37,178 nt of DNA from Octopus bimaculoides (Eukaryota): assembly GCF_001194135.2 (NCBI RefSeq), contig NC_068999.1:17235152-17272329 (forward strand). The letters run 5' to 3'. The position numbers and the translations under genes were made by a program. A model generated the notes under the pieces. It saw only the letters and a list, made by a program, of their open reading frames with translations, made no database searches and was not told where the DNA came from. Shown piece by piece: positions 12,113 through 22,670 of the stretch (positions are counted from its first letter, which is position 1; every line of letters starts with the position of its first letter).

Positions 12113-13743
12113 CTAACACAGTTGAAACACAAGATTATTGACTATTATGTGTTTTCTTGCAAATCTTTTTAGTTTATCTTCTTTCTGTACGCCTAGCGGC
12201 AGTTTTTATTTTCTTCTAGAATATCTATCGAAAAATAATACCGAAGAATGAAATGTATGAATCGGAATGCACAGGGCATTCGTTGAATGTTCAATAGAAG
12301 AATCTGTAGGTGTTCTGCTACCAAATTTAAAATGTAATATTTCACAGCCAGTAGAAACACGAATTTTATGCTTTATTATTTTGCTAATAATCTCGTAGAT
12401 GAATAAAGGATATATTTGTATCTTCGTGATCGGATATGTTTAACACAAATATTTCCTTTATATTGGGAGATTATTTCAACTCTATGTCTTTCACTTTTTT
12501 CCGACCATTATCTCTATTTGGTTTTCTGTTTTTGACATTCTTCAAATGTATATATCGCTTTTCAATACATTGTGTTTGCAAACATTTTTAATATTCAGGT
12601 GATATGCGACTGACGAGACAAAGAGTAATGCATTACTTGTACCTTAATTTTACGTTAAGAAAAAAAAAAGACATCTGAATTCAAACTTAGAAATATTATA
12701 CATCAGAAGGAATGAATAACATGCCCGTGCATTATATTCATTTGGAAGTTTATGCTAGTCTGAAATATTCTAATAAGTTTAATAATCTCTTGTTGGCATG
12801 CCTCTGATTAACAGTTATATAGAACAGTAGATTTTTCTAGGCCGCGGGCAATTCATATTTTCAAAATTTTTCAATATAAAAAAACTCACATTACAAGCAT
12901 TGTCCCGTTAATGAGTTTACGCAAATGCCATGAATCAACATTATGTGATTTATTATGCGCTGCATGGTTAAAATGTCGTTTCTTTCGCGGAGGAAACGTA
13001 AATATGAACAGATCCTCCTTACAAATATGCATAAATCGAACAGAATGTTGTTTCCTAATATCCGTATGTTCTCATTTACAAAACTTGAAATGTAATTTCC
13101 AGCATCCTTATACCATGAGTAAAGGAATACATATAGGCCTACAACATTATTCAAAATACATTTGTCCACCAGACGTATGACAATAAGACATGGTTAGATT
13201 AAAAAATGTTCAGACTAACAATTTTGTAGAAGCTAAGCATAACCTTCCAAGAAAACATATTAAGCCTGGACATCCAGATATAACCAAAATACAGCAGGCA
13301 CGAGTAACATGCCCAGGACATCTCAGTGTCACTATCAGGACATCTTCTTTATGCATGTACTTGATGTGACACAAACTGCACGGATTGATGCAACACAGTT
13401 AGATGCATAAAATCCTACTCATAATGGACAATTGCAGGATGGGTCCAGACGATCGTCGTATTGAATAAAGACTAGTGCCAAATCTATCTTCACTTTCCTC
13501 CATTAATTATTATCATCATCATTATAATTATTATTGTTGTTGTTGTTATTTTATTATTAATAAACACACATATGGTCTACCTGTGTGCACGCATTTTTTG
13601 TATATATGTATATATACACGAACGCATGTGTGTGCGTGCTAACTTAAATAGCAATTCCTAAAACAACTGCTAGGAAAAGAAACTTATAATGATCGTAACA
13701 ATTCAGCGCGTCTTATATCTTAATATAGGATATCAGAAAACAC

Positions 13744-13811
13744 CTGCGGCCATACGTAAAACTCCCAGCATAATAAATTCTCGACCTTATACAAAATGTA
13801 TCAACAGAACG
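13744..13811 (-). CDS. Candidate exon (68 nt, phase 0-2): RSVDTFCIRSRIYYAGSFTYGR
   Basis: Acceptor ctattattttcattctcaacAG, weaker donor CAG|GTGTTT; single open frame compatible with the 14264 exon. Confidence 0.25.
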
Positions 13812-14263
13812 CTGTTGAGAATGAAAATAATAGTTCCAGTCTAGAATAGTTAAAAAATGGGTCACGAAATATTGTGTCTAGTAACTAGGATGCCGTTATT
13901 GTTAAGGATCTCGCTCATGAATTTTTATCGTTTTGCGTAGAAATCTTGTCTAACTGTTTTTATTGCATAAACGTCAGGCCTACTAAAGCTGAGTGAAACC
14001 ATTAAATAGAAGCTGCGTAGGATCTCATCACTTTCAAGTGGATGGAAAACTTATTCACCAGTAATATACGGGATATATATAACTTGAATATTGTTTACCT
14101 TTAAAGGATTTCGGATTGTTCTAAAAATTCACTGTGGCTCTGTATGAAGATACTGTCCACAAATACACTCACGATGATTTTGCAGAAGATCATTCGCTCA
14201 GATATCTTTCCTTTAAATATTATCATTAATCTGATTCCACAATAAATAATTTTTGAAGCATAC

Positions 14264-14313
14264 CTTATTCAGCTTATACGTATAAGCATGACAGAATTTC
14301 TTTTCAGTAAATG
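14264..14313 (-). CDS. Candidate exon (50 nt, phase 1-0): xFTEKKFCHAYTYKLNK
   Basis: Acceptor gacgttaatatttatgtAG, donor AAG|GTATGC; single open frame. Confidence 0.3.
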
Positions 14314-15374
14314 CTACATAAATATTAACGTCTTACAATATTAATTCGCAGCTGTTAGTAAATGTATATGACAGTAATTCGAGAAGTATCTTTATCCGTC
14401 ATGCTTGTCGTGACATTTGCTTTAAAGACAACTTCTGGCTTTAACACTCACGAGTGAGACGAATCGTCAAATATAGCATTTTTTTTTAGCTATATATTAA
14501 ATGTTTCCATGAAGGAAACATTTAAATGCTTCATCGCAATACGTAGCTTGTAATTCTGAAACCCTGTTTTAGGCATAAAATGTGTGGTAATGTGGTGTGA
14601 CACATGTAATAATGGTATATTTTATGGACTTTGACATTATGTATTATTTGGAAGGAAGCATGTATTATAATAATGTGTTGAAGATATGTATTAAAGAAAA
14701 GTCTATGGTATAAGTTATATTACTATGCACTATTACTGTTCAGAGCGATAAGTTTCCTATCGTACAACGTGCATGCAGTTTGAATTAAATTATTTATGAG
14801 ACCAATACCGCGGTAGGAAACAATTATATAATATACATATAGGAACAAACATGCATGGAATTGATATAATTTGTAATTGTTTACGTATGTGAGTATAGAA
14901 TAAAGATTGAGTAAAATGAAAGAGATTAGAGAATTTCAAATAGTGATCTAGAAAGAATCTGTGCAATTAAAGGTATTCCTACATGTGTATAGGTAAGTTT
15001 AACTCAGAATGATACTGATAAAAGGATGCAGTGGACATTTAATTGCAGATAATTACAGAAAATACATAATTACAGGTAATTGCAAAACATGCAAATTTAG
15101 AGAAAAAGAATGTTGTTCCGTATTTTCAAATAAACCTGTCAGTATTTTATGAATTGGAGTTTACAAAAAAAGAAAACGATATGGAAAATCCATAGCATCA
15201 TGCACTCCTAATTACGTTATATATATATATAATGACACTAATTTATGTACCAATTTCAATAATTTATAGCCTTCTTGGTTGTTTCTGTTTACACTACTCA
15301 CCAAACAATTTGTAAAATTATATAGCATTCAACGTATGACAGTTGTTTCAGAAAAGGTGTCAGTTCTCAAGTGC

Positions 15375-15533
15375 GTTGATTACACAGGCTCCAGTGCTCA
15401 ACTGGTACTATGTTATCGACCCCAAAAGGATGAAAGTTAAAGTCGACCTCGACAAGATTAGAAGTCAGATCGTAAGGATGGACGAAAAACCGCTAAGTAT
15501 TTTGCTCGGCGGGCTAACGATTCTGTCTCTTCG
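15375..15533 (-). mobile_element. SINE family A copy, antisense
   Basis: Reverse complement of the 4131/27985 unit (ACTGGTACT..ATCGACCCCAAAAGGATGAAAG..GTCGACCTCG..CCGCTAAG..GCTAACG). Confidence 0.88.
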
Positions 15534-16832
15534 GGTTTTTATTCCATGTCTAATGAAATATAACGTATATATAATGTATGTTCTTTCAAATTACTTACAA
15601 AACGAAATTATTTTGAATTTCCAGAGGATTATTGTTTTATGATTAATTCATCGAGTGGAATACATCTTTTCCCTCAATATAATAATGATTAACAGCATTG
15701 GAACTCAAACAGGTAATACTCATTTATGACTATGTTCAATATGCTAAATTCTAGGTATAGTGTGTATGTACGAAGATATTAGCTTCGTGTTTGTAAGTTC
15801 GTAATATATCAATTCCACAAGTGGGGGAAAATACAGAATTGACTCTCATGGGTCGAAGCACATGTAAAACCAGCAATAAAAATTATCAGATCTAAGCTTT
15901 CGCACTGTACTACCTTTTGCATAACTGCTAGCTTAAACTATTAAGACTGACATCAGGTGTGATCAAGCTGTTATATGATCCTACTCTTCCAGCCGCCAGC
16001 CTATCATGTTATCTTCATATGTTTCATTAGTTATATTTGCTAGGATCTTATGATTTATTTTAAGATTCTACGGTATAGTTTGATAAACATTTCTCCAGCA
16101 ATCTTGGCAAATCGAATGATCTGGTAAAGGCTGTCTTTTTATTGCCGGTCAAAGTAGATAGAAAACTTTCAGTTATATCAATTGGCAACTGTATACTTGT
16201 TTAGATGAGGACTGGTAATATTCTGTTTCTGAAGATTAATATTCGACCGGAATAATTTTTACTGAAACATCGAAATTATCGCGCACCGTTATAACATGAG
16301 ATTTGCCGCTTTGCTTCCACAAAACTACAATACGAACTAGTTTATCTAAAATCCTCAAAGCCAAGTAGGAAGGTGAGTTTTAAAAAAAGCTGAGAATGTT
16401 ACCGATCAGTGTATTTGATTAAAAAAACAGCTCTTGTTCAGGGCCTACAGTTAAGTAGCTGCACAAGGTAGCATGCATGGTGTACTAGCTCATGAAATTG
16501 TTTCTGCTGCTAATTCATTCATATGTATAATTGTTAATGTATTTCGTCACGTGTATTTATCATTCAGGAAGAATGCTGGGAGTGTATAAACTATTAAAGT
16601 TTCTGATACTTGAATACTTGAAGAGCGACTACTCCGAAAATCGATGTGCTTTTTATTGTTCGAGTATGCTTCCATTGCATAAGCTGAGCAGATGACTATA
16701 TATATATATATNNNNNNNNNNNNNNNNNNNNNNNNNNNNNNNNNNNNNNNNNNNNNNNNNNNNNNNNNNNNNNNNNNNNNNNNNNNNNNNNNNNNNNNNN
16801 NNNNNNCGCCATATATGTATATATATGTATAT

Positions 16833-17030
16833 ATGTTTGAATGTGGTGTGTGCCAGAGGGTTTGCAAATCCAATGGGGGTCTTAAAAGACATGTTAGGAT
16901 CCACAATGAGCAGAACTTACTTGCAGGTATTGGTAGTGCAAATCAGAGGTGCAATCTGTGTGGGTGTTTTTTCAAAACACTGTCTGGTTTAAAAAGCCAC
17001 AACAGACGCCATGAAAGGGCTAAGGTGTAG
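16833..17030 (+). CDS. Intact 65-aa ORF with two C2H2 zinc fingers; probably the 3' end of an RTE-type LINE ORF
   Basis: MFE-CGVC-QRVCKSNGGLKR-HVRIH and CNLC-GCFFKTLSGLKS-HNRRH both fit C-x2-C-x12-H-x3-H. The linker is not TGEKP-type. The stop is followed by a 40-nt 3' segment and an (ATATATGT)n tail. Confidence 0.7.
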   Translation: MFECGVCQRVCKSNGGLKRHVRIHNEQNLLAGIGSANQRCNLCGCFFKTLSGLKSHNRRHERAKV

Positions 17031-17147
17031 GTGCAGGAGGTGGTCAAACTCTGTTTAAGGAGTAGACAACCGCCATATATGTATATATATGTATATATGT
17101 ATGTATACTCACATACATATATAATTCACACACACCCATACAAAGAC

Positions 17148-17178
<31 letters not shown>

Positions 17179-18345
17179 TTTAGATAGATAGGTAGATAGA
17201 TACATAAGTAGATTTGTAGTTAACAGGAATGACATATAATTAAAATATATACTTTGAATATAATAACTGGCAATTATGACATCAAGGAGTACAATTGTTT
17301 AAGGGAACACAATGAAAGGTGTGGTAGAAGTATGTTTCAATTCTCTAGACAACACTCGATATTTATATTTATATTTCTTGTTCGCCGTTTTTCTTTTTTC
17401 TTTTATCAGTGTCTAGGCAACTGAAATCCAATCTAGTGTGCGAGGTAATCTTGAAAAACTGGGCCGATAATATCCCACAAGGTATACTTGAAATTCTATC
17501 TGGCTTAGGTCTCGCAAATAAGCTGAATTTCCTGTTTAAGTAATTATCTCCTTCACACATTTGGCATATGATGTGATTCTCTAAATGATTAACGATATTT
17601 TATTTGGGACATGTGTATCTATCTTTCTATCTATCAATCTATCTACATACACACTCACGCACACACACACACACGCCCGCACACACATACACATACACAT
17701 AATTCTGTGTCTGCATGCGCTAATTCCCAATTTTTACTATGAGATAAGAGGATAGGTTAGAGAAAACAAAACCGTGTACGATTTATGTTTATATATTTTT
17801 TCTCCAGAACATTTGCATTGATACTTGCTCTTTTATAAATGCGCGTTATATTATCGTAGGATATATAATAAAAAAAATATCACATCATTTCTGATCTACT
17901 CATCCACCATACGTAGATAATAATTACTACGTGTGAGAATATATTCCCATTCTTATTATCGACTTACTTGTCTTTACCATTTTTTCTTTCTTAAAATCCC
18001 AAGATAATTATTCAATGTCTGTTTAATCTAGAAATAATTTGCGCTCGAACGAATGAAATAGTCTCCTGTCACTCAAAATTGACAAAGCATCTACTGGAAA
18101 TTTTATTTCTGAAATTCTGAATTTCTAAAATAGATATTCTGATAACTTAACTTACTTTACAGCATTGACAAAACTATGTTGAGATTAAATCAAATATTTT
18201 AAAATTTATTTAATCAAATTCTAAGTAAATACATGAATATGCAAGTTTATACTGTTTAATAACATTTGTTACAAATAAAAATATTTTAACTCATTCAGGC
18301 ATCTCAACACAACATGGGAGAAAGATGGATAATTGCTGATTATAT

Positions 18346-18718
18346 TGTTGTTGTTGGCACTCCGTCGCTTATGACGACGTGGAGGATTCCAGTTGATCCG
18401 ATAAACGGAACAGCCTGCTCGTGAAATTAATGTGCAAGTGGCTAAGCATCCCTAACGTAGCTCTCGGGGATATTCAGCGTGACATAGTGTGACAAGGCTG
18501 ACCCTTTGAATTACAGACACAACAGAAACAGGAAGTAAGTGTGAGAGAAAGTTGTGGTGAAAGAGTACAGCAGGGTTCGCCACCATCCCCTGCTGGAGCC
18601 TCATGGAGATTTAGGGATTTTGCTCAATAAACACTCACAACGCCCTGTCTGGGAATCGAAACCGCGATCCTATAACCGCAAGTCTGCTGCCCTAACCACT
18701 GGGTCATTGCGCCTCCAC
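18346..18718 (-). mobile_element. Full-length tRNA-derived SINE (family C) with (CAA)n tail and perfect 12-bp TSD
   Basis: Minus strand begins GTGGAGGCGCAATGACCCAGTGGTTAGGGCAG (A-box) ..GGTTTCGATTCCC (B-box). TGCTGATTATAT occurs at 18334-18345 and 18719-18730. Confidence 0.95.
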
Positions 18719-18821
18719 TGCTGATTATATACGGAGCAAACAACTAACAATTATAGTAGTGTTGTATAGTTAAACTGCAGACTCCTCCCGGTAAAAAATT
18801 AACTTGATGGTAGCCAGACAT

Positions 18822-18881
18822 TATAAATAGACCAGAAGCCGGTCAACAGGGGAAAAGATCGAGAAAGGTCAAAGAAGGTCA
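18822..18881 (+). promoter_or_regulatory. TATA box (TATAAATAG) followed by a perfect DR4 (AGGTCA-aaga-AGGTCA); first half-site is an NBRE (AAAGGTCA)
   Basis: TATAAATAG at 18822-18830; AGGTCA at 18866-18871 and 18876-18881. Function is untested. Confidence 0.4.
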
Positions 18882-19589
18882 AAAGTACGTGCAGACTGTG
18901 TTGATAGTCGTGTCTGTGCTGATATACTACTTATCCTGTGAGGCTGAGTGGGCGTTATAACGATCCAACCTGTTTGAGGATAATAACACTGTACGACGGA
19001 AGGTCGTACAATGCCAGATTCCAACTTCGAAATATAACGATAGCTGTCAGAACGACAACTTTCGTCAGAAGACAGATACAACAGTGGCAAATGACCGTTT
19101 TAAAACAAAGAGTCATGCGAAACCATGTACAACAATCATTACTCGGGGAGTAGTAACGATGAGGGTAGGGTTCCGGACTGCTTATTGTGATCATTCGTCT
19201 TTTGTTTTCCTGTAGCTTTGCTCTCTTTTAAAAACCCAGTGAAAATACATACATTTCCAATTTCAAAGAAATTCGAACAATACATATGAGCCTCAAGTTA
19301 AAAAGATTCTCAACAATTCAACTTCTCTAGTTGACATTAAGACACCCTTCCCAAATAGGGGCCTTAACTCGCACATTTTAGAGCTCCCTGACCTCCAATT
19401 TTCAGGAGCATAATCCTTTCAGCAGGTTCTATAAGACTGGAATTTTAGAATCTGCGCATAAAGATCATTAGTATGAGATACATGTGTCATGATTAGAATT
19501 TTTTAGGGTATGTAAAGAGGGAAAGAACCCTCATCGGCAATTTTGATGAAATTCGAATCATAGGTATTTCAGTTCGATACAGAAAATAT

Positions 19590-19616
19590 AACACATGGTT
19601 CCGAGTTCAGTCCTAC
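19590..19616 (+). mobile_element. Family B SINE head fragment running into N-gap 19617-20300
   Basis: ACACATGGTTCCGAGTTCAGTCC matches 10638-10660. Confidence 0.65.
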
Positions 19617-20580
19617 NNNNNNNNNNNNNNNNNNNNNNNNNNNNNNNNNNNNNNNNNNNNNNNNNNNNNNNNNNNNNNNNNNNNNNNNNNNNNNNNNNNN
19701 NNNNNNNNNNNNNNNNNNNNNNNNNNNNNNNNNNNNNNNNNNNNNNNNNNNNNNNNNNNNNNNNNNNNNNNNNNNNNNNNNNNNNNNNNNNNNNNNNNNN
19801 NNNNNNNNNNNNNNNNNNNNNNNNNNNNNNNNNNNNNNNNNNNNNNNNNNNNNNNNNNNNNNNNNNNNNNNNNNNNNNNNNNNNNNNNNNNNNNNNNNNN
19901 NNNNNNNNNNNNNNNNNNNNNNNNNNNNNNNNNNNNNNNNNNNNNNNNNNNNNNNNNNNNNNNNNNNNNNNNNNNNNNNNNNNNNNNNNNNNNNNNNNNN
20001 NNNNNNNNNNNNNNNNNNNNNNNNNNNNNNNNNNNNNNNNNNNNNNNNNNNNNNNNNNNNNNNNNNNNNNNNNNNNNNNNNNNNNNNNNNNNNNNNNNNN
20101 NNNNNNNNNNNNNNNNNNNNNNNNNNNNNNNNNNNNNNNNNNNNNNNNNNNNNNNNNNNNNNNNNNNNNNNNNNNNNNNNNNNNNNNNNNNNNNNNNNNN
20201 NNNNNNNNNNNNNNNNNNNNNNNNNNNNNNNNNNNNNNNNNNNNNNNNNNNNNNNNNNNNNNNNNNNNNNNNNNNNNNNNNNNNNNNNNNNNNNNNNNNN
20301 TATATATATATATATATATACACATACACACACACACATATGTGTGTGTATAAGTGTATATACAAATCGCCGAAGAAATCGAAAACACCGGTTGTTTCCG
20401 AAAGAGTTTTCACGTGATATTTGTTGTGCATCGAGTTAGACAACACGTCCTTAACAATATCAATGTCGAATTACGTAAGTGAGCGATTGGCTAAAGGGAA
20501 ATGTTCAATCAATGAAGCTATTGTTCATAAAACACGACGTAATATACATAACATACATGTATATGTACATATACATATGC

Positions 20581-20656
<76 letters not shown>

Positions 20657-21814
20657 GCAGACACACACACATATATGTATACATAATACGTCATATTACT
20701 ACCTGTTGCTTCTCCGTCAATTTATTCAGGATATCTGACAACCAACGATGTTTTGATATATTGGCTTCGCTTTTATTAGCCACATTCGATACTTATTTGC
20801 CTAGACACTTTTGCTAGGAAAATGAAGCAATTCTGACCATTGCTGACCTTCCTCAATTAATGATACTTTCTCTCTTTTGATTCGATTCGAATACACTGAA
20901 AATCTCTTTGATGTTAATATGCCATTTTAATGCAAAGTGTAACGCAAAGCCTAACCTAAATATAATTGAATTTGCGTTTTCCTGCAAATCCATTTTAACT
21001 TAGAAACTCACCATGAAAACGGAATACTTCAATAAATAAATAACAAAATAATTAAAAAAAAAAGACTAAAATCAAAACATAATTAGATTTTATTTTTTTC
21101 CAACGGTTTTATGGATGTGTATGAATACTTTACTCAAAAGCTAGAATTATTCTCTTGACTATTGCTTTTCAGTCAATCTTACTCTTGTAATTAAAAACCG
21201 AAAGTTGGAAAAGAGGGAGAAATATAGTAAATCAATATATCTTTTTTGGTTCCCTGGCCATCTTATATACAACCAAAAAAATAAATAAAACCAAGAAAAA
21301 AAAGAAAGAAAAGTGAGAGAGGAAGAGAGAACTACCGATTACGTAGCGTTGTTTTCTTTTTACATTATCAATAATGTTACTATGCTTGAAATTATGAATG
21401 CGACGGCGAAAGAAGACTAAGTAAACGAACCAAGAAAATATCGATTTATACTTTCCAGAAATGAAAATATTACACATTTTTTAATAGATTAAAACCCCTC
21501 ATAACCGACATGTTTATGTATTTTATCGGACATATGCATCTCAGTGGAAATTTTATCGCAAATATATTTATGCATAGCAAAAATTGCTATTCACAGTATC
21601 GAATGCTCGCAGCAGAACGTGGTCTTATGTCTCACCAATAAAATGTATATATTCTATGAGAATCAGAAGTAGTATGTGTAGGTTTTATTCAATTTTTTAA
21701 TTTTATATTTGTAATATAAGGAAGAGTATGGAATATATAATATAACACGTAATAGAATCCTTTCCAGGGATGTATCTTTTGCAAATCCAGTATATACTCT
21801 ATTTTTTTAGTAGT

Positions 21815-21910
21815 TTCAGTCATTCGACTGGTGAGGAGACATTAATAGGAACATTTTGTTGATCGTTTTGGCGCCAATACATATTACTGTCTGGTACTTA
21901 TTTTATCGAC
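21815..21910 (-). mobile_element. Highly decayed family B SINE tail
   Basis: TTTCAGTCATTCGACTG..TGGTACTTATTTTATCGAC resembles the reverse complement of 10990-11060. Confidence 0.55.
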
Positions 21911-22187
21911 ATTCTATATCTAAAGGTTGCTATCAATTTTGAAAAATATACGCAATATATATTTGTATGTGTATAAATATAGCAACCGAAAGGGATCATG
22001 AATTTTAAAAAAAGCGACTCAATGATTGCCTACTGAGTGCAATATATTTGTTGTTAATTCTTTGATTAAAATTTCAGTACCACAATATGGAGTTTCTTAT
22101 CTGCATTTGGAGAATATTATTAATATTTTACTGTTAGAATTTCTGTTGTTCAAATCTGCGATCATTAATTATAACTGTTTGACTTAC

Positions 22188-22250
22188 ATTGGAGACGTTG
22201 TGATGTTAAGCATTCATATAAACGGCTGTTTGATTTCTTATATGTAAATA
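22188..22250 (-). CDS. Candidate exon (63 nt, phase 1-1): xFTYKKSNSRLYECLTSQRLQ
   Basis: Strong acceptor cgcatttcattttactacgtttcAG, donor AAT|GTAAGT; only one open frame, matching the phase of the 22606 exon. Confidence 0.45.
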
Positions 22251-22605
22251 CTGAAACGTAGTAAAATGAAATGCGTTTAGAAAATATTCCTAAATTTTTT
22301 ATTTAGGAATTTCTTATTTTACAATAGAAAGGGTTAAGTGGTACTTGTGTAGAATTTAAGTAAATGATCACGTTTGAACACCGCCCCACAAAAAATAATA
22401 ATTAAGTTTGTGCATTTTTTTTTTGTTGAATGGTTTAGCATTGTGCCCTTAATACAAAAAGATATTTCAAACTATTCGTACATGACAGAATGAATTTAAT
22501 TGTTTGTAAAAGTTAACGGAATCTAAAAGACATCGTGAAATATTGTAGAATAAGACGATCTTTATCCTCGGCATAATGTAGAACACACTATACTGCATCA
22601 TTTAC

Positions 22606-22670
22606 CTTCCGTATTCCATGTTCTAACATAACGTTCACGCTCACGTTTGGTATCAATACTGCTCAAGTCG
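22606..22670 (-). CDS. Candidate exon (65 nt, phase 2-1): xDLSSIDTKRERERYVRTWNTE
   Basis: Acceptor aatataaacaattactAG, donor AAG|GTAAAT; single open frame. Confidence 0.4.

Noticed and set aside
12890-13180. Overlapping ORFs on both strands plus a donor AAT|GTGAGT at 12890
   Set aside because: The acceptor needed for phase compatibility is poor and the peptides are unrecognisable; left out of the exon chain.
15343-15642. 99-aa ORF
   Set aside because: Mostly the antisense reading of a family A SINE.
3921-16567. Scattered plus-strand GT/AG pairs (3921-3967, 7272-7308, donors at 14992 and 16372, acceptor 16567)
   Set aside because: Several frames open or in-frame stops, and no consistent chain; expected background in AT-rich DNA.
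18640-18718. tRNA gene
   Set aside because: The A/B boxes belong to a TSD-flanked SINE head; no complete cloverleaf.
19558-20446. 250-280 aa ORFs
   Set aside because: Almost entirely N-gap (X residues).
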